This document shows, piece after piece, positions 14,225 to 25,216 of a stretch of 64,000 bases of DNA. The notes beneath the pieces are model-generated. The model saw nothing but the letters and a program-made list of their open reading frames with translations. It had not been told where the DNA came from and did not search any database. Within the stretch, counting starts at the first letter, position 1, and the number at the start of each line of letters is the position of its first letter. Source of the DNA: Alphaproteobacteria bacterium (GTDB lineage Bacteria > Pseudomonadota > Alphaproteobacteria > UBA2966); NCBI GenBank assembly GCA_964291395.2, contig OZ219858.1, forward strand, positions 128,001 to 192,000, written 5' to 3'. Position numbers and translations under genes: made by a program.

Positions 14225-15126
14225 CCCGCGCCCTGAACCAGATGTCGCACGAGTTCAGAGAAAGGAATTCCGGCATGGGCCGCGATCTCCGGCACCAGAG
14301 ACAGCGGAGTCATCCCGGGCTGGGTGTTCACCTCGAGCATGTAGAAGCGGGCCTGGCCGTTGACCGTGTCGTCGTAGCGCAAATCGGACCGTGTGACGCC
14401 GCGGCACCCCAGGGTCCGGTGCGCCAGCACGGCGAGCCGCAGGCTCTCCTGATAGTCGGCTTCGGGAATGTCGGCGGGCATGATGTGTTCGGCCCATCCG
14501 TCCGTGTACTTGGCTTCGTAGTCGTAGAATCTCTTTTTCGGACGTATCTCGATGGCGCCAAGGGCTTCATCATCCATGACGGCCACATGTATCTCGCGGC
14601 CCGGGATATATCTCTCGATCAGCACGTGGTCGCCGTAGGCCCAATTCGAGTCGTCGAGCGGCGGCATATTGTCGCCCTCGAAGACGAGACGCACGCCGAC
14701 GCTGGATCCTTCGTTGGTCGGCTTCAGGACGTAAGGTGGATCGAAGACCGTACCTTCCCGCACCTCGTCCCGGTGCACGACCTTTCCTTCCGGACACGGA
14801 ATGGAGACGGCCTCGAACATCCGCCGAGCGCGCGGCTTGTCCATGGCAAGGGCCGAGGCGAGAACGCCGGAATGCGTGTAGGGGATCTTGAGGACTTCGA
14901 GCATGCCCTGGATGCAGCCGTCCTCGCCGAATCGTCCATGGAGCGCATTGAACGCGACGTCCGGCTTGAGACCCGAAAGTACACCGAAGATGTCCGGTCC
15001 GACGTCGATGGGGGTGACGCGATGGCCCTCGCCTTTCAGCGCGGCGATTACCGCCTTTCCCGTAACGAGCGATACCTCGCGCTCCGCCGACCAGCCACCC
15101 ATGAGAACCGCGATGTGCCTGCTCAT
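14212..15126 (-). CDS. ddl: D-alanine--D-alanine ligase
   Basis: GGWSAEREVSL, LHGRFGEDG, EGSSVG, FYDYEAKY, LEVNTQPGMT; start at MSRHIAV. Confidence 0.98.
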   Translation of the reverse strand: MSRHIAVLMGGWSAEREVSLVTGKAVIAALKGEGHRVTPIDVGPDIFGVLSGLKPDVAFNALHGRFGEDGCIQGMLEVLKIPYTHSGVLASALAMDKPRARRMFEAVSIPCPEGKVVHRDEVREGTVFDPPYVLKPTNEGSSVGVRLVFEGDNMPPLDDSNWAYGDHVLIERYIPGREIHVAVMDDEALGAIEIRPKKRFYDYEAKYTDGWAEHIMPADIPEADYQESLRLAVLAHRTLGCRGVTRSDLRYDDTVNGQARFYMLEVNTQPGMTPLSLVPEIAAHAGIPFSELVRHLVQGAGCER

Positions 15127-16103
15127 GACAGGTCGTCCCGTTCCGTCGAGGCCTGCGCGGAAACCGTCCGGCCGTGTTTGCCGATGCGCCGGATCTCCCA
15201 ACGCAGGACGACACCGGACGTCTCGGCTACCCGCCGTCGAACCTCCTCCCCCAAAGCCTCCAGATCGGCGGCAGTGGCGGACCCGTTGTTGATGAGGAAG
15301 TTGCAATGCAGGTTTGAGACGATGGCGTCACCGCGCCGAAGACCCCTGCATCCGGCCTGGTCGATCAACTCCCACGCCTTGGCGCCGGCAGCCTCCGGCC
15401 CAACCGGATTGGCGAAAGTGCTTCCGCCGGTCTTCGAGCGGATGGGCTGACTGTCCGCTCGCGCAGCCTGAACCGAGGCCATGCCCGCCTCGATGCCTTC
15501 GGATGAACCTTTGCTTCCCCGGAGCGTCGCAGACACGAATATCCAGGCTTCCGGGACGGCGCACGCCCGATAGCCGAGGCCCAGTTCCGGCCTCTTCAAA
15601 ACGTGACGGTTGCCCTGGGGATCGACGGCCTCGGCAGAGACGATGACGTCCTGCAGTTCGCGTCCGTAGGCGCCGGCATTCATCCTGACGGCACCACCGA
15701 TCGTTCCCGGAATGCCGCTCAGAAACTCCAAACCTGAGAGATTCGCGGCCGCGGCTGCGCGGGCTACGCTGACGTCCATCGCCGCCCCGCCGGCGATGAT
15801 CTGATCGTCTTCGACGCGGATCCCGGCGAGCGACTTGCCAAGACGGACGACGACGCCGTCGACACCGCCGTCACGGATAAGAACGTTCGTCCCCGCGCCC
15901 AGGACGGTGACGGGAACTTCGGCGGGCTTCGCCTTCAGAAATTCGATCAGATCGTCGAGATCCTGCGGCCGGAACAAGACTTCGGCGGAACCACCCACCC
16001 GAAACCACGTTCCCTTGGCGAGCGGAACATTCGTCCGGAGCTCTCCGCGCGGCATCGGCAGTCGATCGAGAAGGCGGCGGAGTCGGAGTGCGGAGGCGGC
16101 CAT
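15123..16103 (-). CDS. murB: UDP-N-acetylmuramate dehydrogenase
   Basis: WFRVGG, GIPGTIGGAVRMNAGAYG, GGSTFANP, HCNFLIN. Confidence 0.97.
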   Translation of the reverse strand: MAASALRLRRLLDRLPMPRGELRTNVPLAKGTWFRVGGSAEVLFRPQDLDDLIEFLKAKPAEVPVTVLGAGTNVLIRDGGVDGVVVRLGKSLAGIRVEDDQIIAGGAAMDVSVARAAAAANLSGLEFLSGIPGTIGGAVRMNAGAYGRELQDVIVSAEAVDPQGNRHVLKRPELGLGYRACAVPEAWIFVSATLRGSKGSSEGIEAGMASVQAARADSQPIRSKTGGSTFANPVGPEAAGAKAWELIDQAGCRGLRRGDAIVSNLHCNFLINNGSATAADLEALGEEVRRRVAETSGVVLRWEIRRIGKHGRTVSAQASTERDDLS

Positions 16104-17542
16104 TATCCCGTACCCTGCCTGAGCCGGGATCGCCGCATCAGAACATCGGCCAATTGCCCCGGCAATTCGTTCGCCCACGCCGTGATGTTTCCGGCACCCA
16201 GACAGACCACATAGTCGCCAGGCTGAGCGTGTTCTGCGAGGAGCGCAGCCAATCGATCGGGGTCTTCAAGGGCGACCACATGCCGATGACCGTGTTTGCG
16301 CAATCCGGACACGAGAGTGTCGCGATCGACACCGGGAATCGGCTGTTCGCCTGCCGCGTAGACGTCCGCCACGATGATCGTGTCCGCGTCGTGGAAACAG
16401 CCGCAGAACTCCTCGAACAGGTCATGCAACCGGGTGTACCGGTGGGGCTGGACGACCGCCACGATCCGGTGATCGCATGCCTTGCGGGCAGCCGCGAGAA
16501 CGGCGCTGATTTCGATCGGGTGGTGGCCGTAGTCGTCGATCACGGTGACACCGCCGGCCTCTCCTGTCTTGGTGAAGCGGCGTTTCACTCCGGTGAACTC
16601 GGACAGACCGCGCCGGATCGTGTCGGGCGCCATGCCCATCTCCCACGCTACGGCGACCGCGGCGAGGGCGTTCTGCACGTTGTGTTCCCCGAGCATTGGA
16701 AGTTCGAGTCGTTCGATGGCCGTCGATGTTGTTCCGTGGCGATCGCTGATGACCGCGTCGAATTGGGCGCCTTCCGATGAGAACGTCACGTTCGCCCCCC
16801 TGACATCGGCCTGAGGGCTGAGCCCGTAGGTGACGAGTCGGCGGTCGGAAATCCGTCCGATCATCGCCCGCACTTCCGGATGATCGATGCACAGGACCGA
16901 AAGCCCGTAGAACGGGATGTTTTCCACGAACGCCTGGAATGCCGCGCGCTCCGCCTCGAACGTCCCGTAGAAATCCATGTGTTCACGATCGATGTTGGTC
17001 ACGACCGCAATCGTCGCGGGAAGTTTGACGAACGTGCCGTCGGACTCATCCGCCTCGACGACCATCCACTCCCCCTCGCCGAGGCGAGCGTTTGCACCGT
17101 AGGCGTTTATGACCCCGCCGTTGATCACGGTTGGGTCGTAGTCGGCGGCATCGAGAAGCGCCGCGACGAGGGATGTCGTGGTCGTCTTGCCGTGGGTGCC
17201 GCCGACTGCGATCGACCACTTCAGCCTCATGAGCTCGGCGAGCATTTCAGCGCGGCGGACGACGGGCACCAGTCTTTCGCGGGCCGCCACGATTTCGGGG
17301 TTGTCCGGCTTGACCGCGGATGAAACGACAACCACCGCGGCGTCATCGACGTTCGACGCATCGTGGCCCAACACGACGCTGATCCCTTTGTCACGCAGCC
17401 ATTGGACGCTGGCGTTTTCGGCAATATCGCTGCCCTGAACCCGGTAGTTGAGATTGTGCATCACTTCCGCGATGCCACTCATGCCGATGCCGCCGATGCC
17501 CACGAAATGGATCAGGCCGATATCGAGAGGAAGGGATCTCAT
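16103..17542 (-). CDS. murC: UDP-N-acetylmuramate--L-alanine ligase
   Basis: [32 protein letters not shown]; start at MRSLPLDIG. Confidence 0.98.
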   Translation of the reverse strand: MRSLPLDIGLIHFVGIGGIGMSGIAEVMHNLNYRVQGSDIAENASVQWLRDKGISVVLGHDASNVDDAAVVVVSSAVKPDNPEIVAARERLVPVVRRAEMLAELMRLKWSIAVGGTHGKTTTTSLVAALLDAADYDPTVINGGVINAYGANARLGEGEWMVVEADESDGTFVKLPATIAVVTNIDREHMDFYGTFEAERAAFQAFVENIPFYGLSVLCIDHPEVRAMIGRISDRRLVTYGLSPQADVRGANVTFSSEGAQFDAVISDRHGTTSTAIERLELPMLGEHNVQNALAAVAVAWEMGMAPDTIRRGLSEFTGVKRRFTKTGEAGGVTVIDDYGHHPIEISAVLAAARKACDHRIVAVVQPHRYTRLHDLFEEFCGCFHDADTIIVADVYAAGEQPIPGVDRDTLVSGLRKHGHRHVVALEDPDRLAALLAEHAQPGDYVVCLGAGNITAWANELPGQLADVLMRRSRLRQGTG

Positions 17543-18690
17543 GCGGCTTCCTCCCGAGGATGGTCGTTGGCGACGCGGTGGCCCCGGTTGCCGTTGGGCG
17601 ACACCATCCGGCAGACGACGTCCGCCAGTTCCTGGGCCGCGCTTGGGCGACCTAGACCACGGGCTTTCCGAGCCACGTCGGCGAGATACGGCGGATTTTC
17701 GAACAGCGCTTCGAGGGTTCCCGCGAGTGTACGCGGCGACAACCGACTCTCCGGCATCAACCACGCCGCACCTTCATCCGCCAAAGCCTGGGCATTGGCG
17801 GTCTGGTGATCATCGACGGCGTGGGGATAGGGGACGAGAATTCCCGGCCGTCCCGCCACGGTCAATTCACTGATCGTTGAAGCGCCGGCCCGCGCAATCA
17901 CGGCGTGGGCGACGGCCAGCCGGGCGGGCAAGTCGGCGAAAAACGTGGACAGGTCTGCAACGATGCCGGCTGCGGCATAGGCGTTTCTGACGCGCTCCAG
18001 ATCCTCCAAGCGGCACTGTTGCGCCACTCGAAGGCGTGCCCGGTACTGTTCGGGCAGCGCGGCCAAGGCCTGGGGTATGGTGTCGGAAAACACGGCTGCA
18101 CCCTGGCTGCCGCCGAAGACCAGCAATTCAAACGGTGCGGTCTCATCCGGGATCGTGTACGGAATTGCTCGAACCGCCGCGACCGCGTCGCGGACCGGAT
18201 TTCCGATCACCGTGACGCGCGGGAAGGCGCCCGGGCTCAATTGCCGGGTGTTCAGATAGGCCACGGCGATCGAGTCGACCCGTGAGGCGAGCAGTCGGTT
18301 GACCCGACCGAGAACAGCGTTCTGTTCATGGATCATCGTCCGCATGCCGCTGTACGTTGCAGCCAACATCGGGGGCAGAGAGGGATATCCGCCGAAGCCG
18401 ACAACGACGGCCGGGTTGATCTCCTTGAGAATGCGCCGTGCCTCCCAGAAACCCGCCGCGATATTGGCGAACCCCTTCGCTTTCCCTAGGACCGTTTGAC
18501 CTGTGAACGTTCCGGCTCGGACGGTGTGAAGGTCGACTCGGAGATCGAAGACGGATTGGGCAGCGCCGCGCTCGTCGGTCATGAGGATGGGACGCTGATC
18601 CCGGAGCAGCAGTTCGTCCGCAAGCGCTTGCGCCGGGAACATATGACCGCCGGTTCCTCCGGTCGCCAAAACGATGGCCTGCCCGCTCAT
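17539..18690 (-). CDS. murG: Lipid II GlcNAc transferase MurG
   Basis: GGTGGH, GFGGY, HEQN, GGSQGA, RAGAST, HQTANA. Confidence 0.98.
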   Translation of the reverse strand: MSGQAIVLATGGTGGHMFPAQALADELLLRDQRPILMTDERGAAQSVFDLRVDLHTVRAGTFTGQTVLGKAKGFANIAAGFWEARRILKEINPAVVVGFGGYPSLPPMLAATYSGMRTMIHEQNAVLGRVNRLLASRVDSIAVAYLNTRQLSPGAFPRVTVIGNPVRDAVAAVRAIPYTIPDETAPFELLVFGGSQGAAVFSDTIPQALAALPEQYRARLRVAQQCRLEDLERVRNAYAAAGIVADLSTFFADLPARLAVAHAVIARAGASTISELTVAGRPGILVPYPHAVDDHQTANAQALADEGAAWLMPESRLSPRTLAGTLEALFENPPYLADVARKARGLGRPSAAQELADVVCRMVSPNGNRGHRVANDHPREEAA

Positions 18691-19811
18691 ACTGCGAGCC
18701 CCCGCCCGCCGTGGCGCCGAGTCAAAGCGAGCACCATTCCCATGGTCAGGGCCAGCGCGAACAGCGAGGATCCACCGTACGAGATGAAGGGCAGGGTCAT
18801 TCCCTTCGCCGGGAGGAGCCTCGTGTTGACGCCCATGTTCACGATGGCCTGGGCACCGAATTGCACGAGAAGACCGCCCGTTGCCAGCAGAATGAAAACG
18901 TTCCGTTCCTGAAGCATCCGATAGAAACCGCGCAAGACGACGAAGGCGAACACGGCGACGATGGTCAACCCGGCGAAGAGCCCGAACTCCTCCCCGACAA
19001 CCGCGAAGATGAAGTCGCTGTGCGCATCCGGCAGGACCAGCTTGACGACCCCCTCACCAGGCCCTCTGCCCAACACGCCACCGTTCACAAAGGCCTCGAT
19101 CGACTTGTCGACCTGATAGGAATCACCACTGGTGGGATCCAAAAAGCGGTCGATACGGCTGGCCACGTGCGGCAGCAACATGTAGGCCAGAGACACGCCG
19201 CCGAGACCGATCACGACCAACACGGCAACCCAGGTCATCGGCATGCCGCCCATGAACAGCTGCGCAAAAAAGACCGTTCCAACGACGACGGCCATTCCGA
19301 AATCCGGCTGTGCGACGAGAAACGCCAGCACCGCTAACAGCAGCCCGCCGGCGATGCTGTAGCCGGGAAACTCCTCGTTCTTCTGCCGTTCAGCGATAAT
19401 CCAGGCCGTGACGACCGCCAGCGTCGGCTTCACGAATTCCGACGGCTGCATAACCAGCGGGCCCAGCCTGATCCAGCGGGTGGCCCCGTTGACTTCATGC
19501 CCGACCACCATCGTCGCCAAGAGGCCGAGCAGGGCGAGCAGCAATCCCGCCATGGCGACACGGCGAACGGCCAAAGGGGAGAGCAGCGATACGACGATCA
19601 TGACGGCGAGGGCGGGAATCAGAAAGATGAGCTGCCGGCGAACGAAATGGAACGACTCGAGGCCCAAGCGTTCAGCGACCGCCGGGCTCGCCGCCATCAC
19701 CATGAGGATGCCGATAACGGAAAGCGCGAAGAGCGCCACCAGCATCCAGCGATCAACCGTCCACCACCACCGGCCGATGATCGACGTGTCGGCGCGCGTG
19801 GGAGGGATCAT
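18687..19811 (-). CDS. ftsW: SEDS peptidoglycan glycosyltransferase FtsW
   Basis: Multi-TM; GATRWI, QPSEFVK, QPDFG, LPDAHSDFIF, LPFISYGGSS. Confidence 0.98.
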   Translation of the reverse strand: MIPPTRADTSIIGRWWWTVDRWMLVALFALSVIGILMVMAASPAVAERLGLESFHFVRRQLIFLIPALAVMIVVSLLSPLAVRRVAMAGLLLALLGLLATMVVGHEVNGATRWIRLGPLVMQPSEFVKPTLAVVTAWIIAERQKNEEFPGYSIAGGLLLAVLAFLVAQPDFGMAVVVGTVFFAQLFMGGMPMTWVAVLVVIGLGGVSLAYMLLPHVASRIDRFLDPTSGDSYQVDKSIEAFVNGGVLGRGPGEGVVKLVLPDAHSDFIFAVVGEEFGLFAGLTIVAVFAFVVLRGFYRMLQERNVFILLATGGLLVQFGAQAIVNMGVNTRLLPAKGMTLPFISYGGSSLFALALTMGMVLALTRRHGGRGLAV

Positions 19812-21235
19812 TGCGCACCTCCGCCCGGCGGGCTCACGCCCTTGCTCTCATGGAGAGCCGCGAGGGCCTTCACCAGCTCCTTGAAGCGATTGCCGCGTTC
19901 CTCGAAATCGTTGAATTGATCGAAAGAGGCGCAAGCGGGAGAGAGCAGAACCACCGCATTCGACGCGCCCAGCACGAGGGCACGTGTATGAGCCTCGGGA
20001 ATGGCGGACTCCAGATCCCCGGAAATCGTAACCGGAATCCGGCCGTCGAGACGGGCCGCGAAGCTTTGCGCGGCCTCACCGATCAAGAACGCGTGAACGA
20101 TGTTCGGAAGGTGAGGATAAAGGGACTCGAGGCTCGTGTCCTTGGCTCGCCCGCCCGCTATCCACAGGATGTTCTCGTAGCAGGACAGCGCGCGGCGCGC
20201 GGCATCGATGTTCGTGGCCTTGGAGTCGTTGACGAAGCGCACGCCTGCGACGGTGCCCAGATCCTCCAGGCGGTGCTCGAGTCCGGAAAAGCTCAGCAGC
20301 GCATTCGCTGCGTCCGTTGACGAACACCCGAGACATCGTGCGACGGCGTAGGCGGCAGCCGCATTCTGCCAATTGTGTACACCCTTCAGATCGAGCGCCT
20401 GTCTGAGATCGGCGAGCGACACGGCGTCCGGCGACTCGTTGCGCCGGTCCAGAAGATGTCCATTCACCACGATGATGTCCGCGTCCGGCGCGCCACACGC
20501 GGAGACGGCGATCGTGTCGCCGCGTCCGGCCCGCTTGAGTCCGTCGTAGACCGCTCGGCTTTCCGCGTCGTCCATCCCGACGATCGCGATCTGGCCGTCG
20601 TGCTGGCGCTCGAGAAGCCGGCGTTTGGACGCGACGTAGCCGCGCATGCCCCCGTGTCGGTCCAAGTGATCGGGGCTGAGGTTGAGGAGCACGGCTACGT
20701 CGGCAGCCAGCGAAGGTGCGAGATCGATTTGGTAGGACGACATCTCGATCACGTAAGCGCCTTCGTCGGGCACCTTCGGGAGATCGAGAATTGGGACTCC
20801 GACGTTTCCACCCACGGCGACCGCCATGCCGCCGGCCTGGAGCAGATGTCCCGCCAGCACGGTCGTGGTGGACTTGCCGTTGGTTCCGGTAATCGCCGCG
20901 ATCTTTCCGGGCGGATTTTCGCGGGCAAACAGCTCGATGTCCCCAATGACGTCGCAGTCGGCGTCGCGGGCCGCGGTCACCAACGGATGCGGTGCGGGGT
21001 GATGAAGCGGTATACCCGGGCTGAGGACGAGCGCGGCGAAATCACGCCATCGGGCGGCATAAAGATCGGTCAGGGACAACTCGGCATTCGCGGCTTCGGA
21101 CCGTCGTGACTCGTTGTCGTCCCAGGCATGGACCCGCGCACCACCGGCCGTGAGAGCACGCGCGGCGGACAGACCGCTCCGCCCCAGACCGAGTACCGCG
21201 ACACGTTCGCCGGCGTATGAGGTCGCCTCCAGCAT
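19808..21235 (-). CDS. murD: UDP-MurNAc-L-Ala--D-glutamate ligase
   Basis: GLGRSG, ITGTNGKSTT, DHLDRH, NDSKATN, LLSPACASFDQF. Confidence 0.98.
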   Translation of the reverse strand: MLEATSYAGERVAVLGLGRSGLSAARALTAGGARVHAWDDNESRRSEAANAELSLTDLYAARWRDFAALVLSPGIPLHHPAPHPLVTAARDADCDVIGDIELFARENPPGKIAAITGTNGKSTTTVLAGHLLQAGGMAVAVGGNVGVPILDLPKVPDEGAYVIEMSSYQIDLAPSLAADVAVLLNLSPDHLDRHGGMRGYVASKRRLLERQHDGQIAIVGMDDAESRAVYDGLKRAGRGDTIAVSACGAPDADIIVVNGHLLDRRNESPDAVSLADLRQALDLKGVHNWQNAAAAYAVARCLGCSSTDAANALLSFSGLEHRLEDLGTVAGVRFVNDSKATNIDAARRALSCYENILWIAGGRAKDTSLESLYPHLPNIVHAFLIGEAAQSFAARLDGRIPVTISGDLESAIPEAHTRALVLGASNAVVLLSPACASFDQFNDFEERGNRFKELVKALAALHESKGVSPPGGGAQ

Positions 21236-21239
21236 CCGG

Positions 21240-22325
21240 TCACCTCAGCTTCAGTGTCGCCAGCCCGGCGAGGGCCAGAATGAAGGCGATGATCCAGAAC
21301 CGAATGACGATGGTCGGCTCGGCCCATCCCTTTTGCTCGAAATGGTGGTGAAGGGGGGCCATGCGGAAGACCCGGCGGCCGGTCAGCCGGAATGAGGCGA
21401 CCTGAACGATCACGGACACCGTTTCGAGAACGAACAACCCGCCGACGATGACCAGCACCAGCTCGTGTTTGGTAACGACGCTGACGGCCCCCAACGCGCC
21501 GCCCATCGCAAGACTTCCGGTATCCCCCATGAACACCATGGCCGGGGGCGCGTTGAACCAGAGGAATCCCAGCCCGGCCCCGACCAATGCACCGCAGAAT
21601 ACGGCGAGTTCGCCGGCACCGGGCACGGCGTGAAGCTGAAGGTAGTCCGAGAAGACCGCGTTGCCCACGATGTAGGTGATGAAGGCGAACGTACTTGCCG
21701 CGATGATGACCGGAACGATCGCGAGTCCGTCGAGTCCGTCCGTCAGGTTCACCGAGTTCGAAGCCCCGACCATGACCAGCACCGCAAAGGGTACGAAAAA
21801 CCAACTCAGATCGATCAGAACGTCCTTGAAGAAGGGAACGGCCAGGGCCGTGCTGAGGGGCTCCCGCGTCACATGCATGATCCAGAGGGTCGCAACCGAC
21901 GCGACCGCGATTTCCAGCAGGAGCTTCAGCCTCGCTGGAAGGCCCCGATGACTGTATCGACTCACCTTCAGGTAGTCGTCGGCAAACCCGACCGCGCCGA
22001 ACCCGATGGTCACGACAAGCGTTGCCCAGACGTAGTCGTTCCCCAGATCTGCCCAAAGCAATGTCCCGAACGCCAGCCCCAACAGGATCAGGAAGCCGCC
22101 CATTGTCGGCGTGCCCTGCTTGGAGATGAGATGCCGTTCCGGTCCATCGTCGCGGATGGGCTGGCCGTTGGTCTGTGTCGACTTGAGCCAGCCGATGACG
22201 ACGGGCCCGAGGATGAAGCTGACGAGCAACGCCGTCAGAACGGCACCGCCGGTTCGGAATGTGAGATATCGGAACAGGTTGAGCGGACCGAACTGATCTG
22301 CGTGTTGGGCGAGGAGATAGAGCAT
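21240..22325 (-). CDS. mraY: Phospho-N-acetylmuramoyl-pentapeptide transferase
   Basis: [35 protein letters not shown]. Confidence 0.99.
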   Translation of the reverse strand: MLYLLAQHADQFGPLNLFRYLTFRTGGAVLTALLVSFILGPVVIGWLKSTQTNGQPIRDDGPERHLISKQGTPTMGGFLILLGLAFGTLLWADLGNDYVWATLVVTIGFGAVGFADDYLKVSRYSHRGLPARLKLLLEIAVASVATLWIMHVTREPLSTALAVPFFKDVLIDLSWFFVPFAVLVMVGASNSVNLTDGLDGLAIVPVIIAASTFAFITYIVGNAVFSDYLQLHAVPGAGELAVFCGALVGAGLGFLWFNAPPAMVFMGDTGSLAMGGALGAVSVVTKHELVLVIVGGLFVLETVSVIVQVASFRLTGRRVFRMAPLHHHFEQKGWAEPTIVIRFWIIAFILALAGLATLKLR

Positions 22326-22343
22326 CGGACCGTCCGCGCCCTT

Positions 22344-23762
22344 CTACCCGTTGACCGCGCGTCGTCGGGTCTCGGCCGCCAACAGCCGCTCCACGACATG
22401 GCCCATGTCGATCGCGAAGGATCCCTTTACCAGCACGACATCTCCCGGCCTGACGAATTCGCCGACCAGGGGCGCCAATTCGCTTGCCGTTTCGGTATGG
22501 TCCCCACGGCGTGAGGCCGGCAGCGCATCAAGCAGATTCCGCATGTGCGTGCCGCAAGTGAAAACGCGCGCCACTCCATTGCCGGTGACATCCGCAGCCA
22601 ACCCGGCGTGAAGACCGTCTGCCTCAGGCCCCAGTTCGAGCATGTCGCCCAGCACCGCGATTCGCCGGCCACCCTCCGCAACGTCCGCTGCACCCAAGAC
22701 CTCCAGGGCCGCGCGAACCGACGGCGGACTGGCGTTGTAGCTGTCGTCGATCACCGTGAAATACCCCTCGACGCCCCGCACGTGGTGCCGACGTCCGCGA
22801 CCGGCCGGTGGCGCGAGATCGGCGAGCGCCAGCGCACCCAATCCCAGATCGGCATCGAGGACATCCACCGCCGCGAGCACCGCAAGACTGTTGCGCGCCC
22901 AATGGCGTCCCGGAGTACGCATCTTGTAGGTGATGCGCGTCCCCCGGATGTCGGCCGCGACGCAGACGCACTCGGCGTGGAGCGCGACCTTCTCGGCGCG
23001 AGCGTCCGAGTCCTCCGAAAAACCGAAAGAGATGACGTCTGCGCCACGGGCGCGGGCGGTGTCGGCGAGCCGTTGGAAGTGATCGTTGTCCCGATTGAGA
23101 ATCGCGGTTCCACCGGCTTTCAGACCTTCGAAGATCTCGGCCTTGGCGTCCGCAACCGCCCCCACTGTTCCCAGGTATTCGAGGTGGGTTGCTTCGACCG
23201 TCGTTATGATGGCGACGTGCGGGCGCACGGACTTCGCCAATGGGCGAATCTCCCCGGCGTGGTTCATGCCGACCTCGAAGACGCCGAATCCGGCCTCTTC
23301 CGGTAGCCGGGACAGACTCAGCGGCACACCCCAGTGATTGTTCAAGCTACTCGCGCTCGCGTGGCATGGGGCGGTCGCGGCCAACGCCGATTTCAACGCA
23401 TCCTTCGTGCCGGTCTTGCCCACGCTTCCCGTGACTGCAACGACTTTCGCGGAGGAGCGATTGCGGGCATGAACACCCAGGGCCTCCAGCGCAATCTTCG
23501 TATCGCCGACGATCAGGAGATCTTTCCTGCCCTCGAGTCCGACGGGGCTTCGGGACACCACGGCGGCAGCGGCACCGCCGTCCAGGGCCTGACCAACGTA
23601 GTCGTGACCGTCATGATCCGGACCGCGAAGAGCCACGAAGAGATCGCCCGGCGAAACCGTCCGGCTGTCGATGGAGACCCCGCTTGCTGTCCAACGTCCG
23701 GCACATTCTCCGTTCGTCGCGCGCACTGCCTCTTCGGAGGTCCAAAGGGGCCGATCGCTCAT
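22344..23762 (-). CDS. murF: UDP-MurNAc-tripeptide--D-Ala-D-Ala ligase
   Basis: SIDSR, VTGSVGKT, NNHWGVPL, EVGMNH, DDSYNASP, LGDMLELG. Confidence 0.98.
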   Translation of the reverse strand: MSDRPLWTSEEAVRATNGECAGRWTASGVSIDSRTVSPGDLFVALRGPDHDGHDYVGQALDGGAAAAVVSRSPVGLEGRKDLLIVGDTKIALEALGVHARNRSSAKVVAVTGSVGKTGTKDALKSALAATAPCHASASSLNNHWGVPLSLSRLPEEAGFGVFEVGMNHAGEIRPLAKSVRPHVAIITTVEATHLEYLGTVGAVADAKAEIFEGLKAGGTAILNRDNDHFQRLADTARARGADVISFGFSEDSDARAEKVALHAECVCVAADIRGTRITYKMRTPGRHWARNSLAVLAAVDVLDADLGLGALALADLAPPAGRGRRHHVRGVEGYFTVIDDSYNASPPSVRAALEVLGAADVAEGGRRIAVLGDMLELGPEADGLHAGLAADVTGNGVARVFTCGTHMRNLLDALPASRRGDHTETASELAPLVGEFVRPGDVVLVKGSFAIDMGHVVERLLAAETRRRAVNG

Positions 23763-25216
23763 CGTTGCCCCCTGCCCGTTTCCGCAACGGCGGCGCGCGC
23801 GACTTCCGCGTCATCGAATGGACGGACGGCGTCACCGACGATTTGACCTTGCTCGTGGCCTTTCCCCGCGATGACCAGAACATCACCCTCATCGAGCCCC
23901 GCCGTCGCCGACCGGATTGCTTCGGCGCGGTCCGGGACTTCGACGGCGTGATCACAACCCGCCATTACCTGCCGTCGAATTGTGGAAGCGTCCTCGTCGC
24001 GGGGATTGTCGTCCGTGACAATGACGCGGTCCGCATAACGGCCGGCGATTTCGCCCATGAGGGGCCGCTTACCCTTGTCCCGGTCGCCACCACAGCCGAA
24101 CACCAAGACGAGCCGGTTCGAGGCATGGGGGCGCACCGCCCTCAAGACGGTGGCCAGCGCATCGGGCGTATGTGCGTAGTCCACGTACACGTCCGCCCCG
24201 CATGGATGGGTGGCGACCCGTTGTAGCCGGCCGGGAATAGCCTCGAGATCGTTCATCGTGTCGATGGCCGCACCCGGATCGGCGCCGGACACCGTGACAA
24301 TGGCGAGAGCACAAAGGGCATTTTCCGCCTGAAACCCGCCAACGATCGGCAAATTCACGTCACGACGTAGCCCTTCGGCATCAACGTCAAGGACCTGGCC
24401 GCCATTCGTCGGACGTCTTTTCGAGATGTTGAAATCGGCGCCGTTGCATCCGTAGGACACGACGCGCTGTCCGCGGCCCCGGCAAACGGACGAAACGGCC
24501 TCGAATTCCGGCAGGTCCGCATGGAGAAGCGCGGTGCCGTCCGCAGACAAGATCTCGGAGAACAGGCGCAGTTTCGCCTGCAGATATCTCTCCGGTTCGC
24601 CGTGGTAGTCGAGATGGTCCCGCGCGAGGTTGGTAAACGCCGCGACGTCGACCCTCACGCCGTCGAGCCGGCATTGGTCCAGGCCATGACTCGACGCCTC
24701 GATGGCGAGATGGTCAACGCCGTCATCCGCCAACCGGGCCAATGCCTCGTGCAGGACCACCGGATCGGGCGTGGTGTGCGGCAGCGCGTCGGAGATGCCG
24801 GGTGCCGACAGGCCCAGGGTACCGATACAGCCGGCCGCTTTGCCCATACGCGACCAAATCTGCGCCGTGAAGTTGGCGACGGAGGTCTTGCCGTTGGTTC
24901 CCGTAATCGCCGCCACGGTCCCCGGTTGTGCACCGTAGAACCTCGCCGCCATCAGTGCGAGCCGGTGACGCGGATTTTCATCCACGACCAGGGGAACATC
25001 TTTGCGCGGCATCCTCGTGTCCGGAGTGCCGAGGACCGCAACTGCCCCATGATCTACAGCGTCATAGATGTAATCCCGGCCATCGAAGTTCGAACCGCGC
25101 AAGGCGGCAAACAGGTATCCCGGCCGAACTGCGCGGCTGTCGGAAGTGATACCGAGGACATCGACCCGTTTGGCCGGAAGCGGTATATCGCCGTCGATGA
25201 GCTCAGAGAGAAGCAA
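23759..25216 (-). CDS. murE: UDP-MurNAc-dipeptide--meso-diaminopimelate ligase
   Basis: TGTNGKT, EASSHGL, DHLDYH, VDYAHTPD, DNPR (mDAP specificity); TTG start after GAAAGGGG. Confidence 0.97.
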   Translation of the reverse strand: MLLSELIDGDIPLPAKRVDVLGITSDSRAVRPGYLFAALRGSNFDGRDYIYDAVDHGAVAVLGTPDTRMPRKDVPLVVDENPRHRLALMAARFYGAQPGTVAAITGTNGKTSVANFTAQIWSRMGKAAGCIGTLGLSAPGISDALPHTTPDPVVLHEALARLADDGVDHLAIEASSHGLDQCRLDGVRVDVAAFTNLARDHLDYHGEPERYLQAKLRLFSEILSADGTALLHADLPEFEAVSSVCRGRGQRVVSYGCNGADFNISKRRPTNGGQVLDVDAEGLRRDVNLPIVGGFQAENALCALAIVTVSGADPGAAIDTMNDLEAIPGRLQRVATHPCGADVYVDYAHTPDALATVLRAVRPHASNRLVLVFGCGGDRDKGKRPLMGEIAGRYADRVIVTDDNPRDEDASTIRRQVMAGCDHAVEVPDRAEAIRSATAGLDEGDVLVIAGKGHEQGQIVGDAVRPFDDAEVARAAVAETGRGQR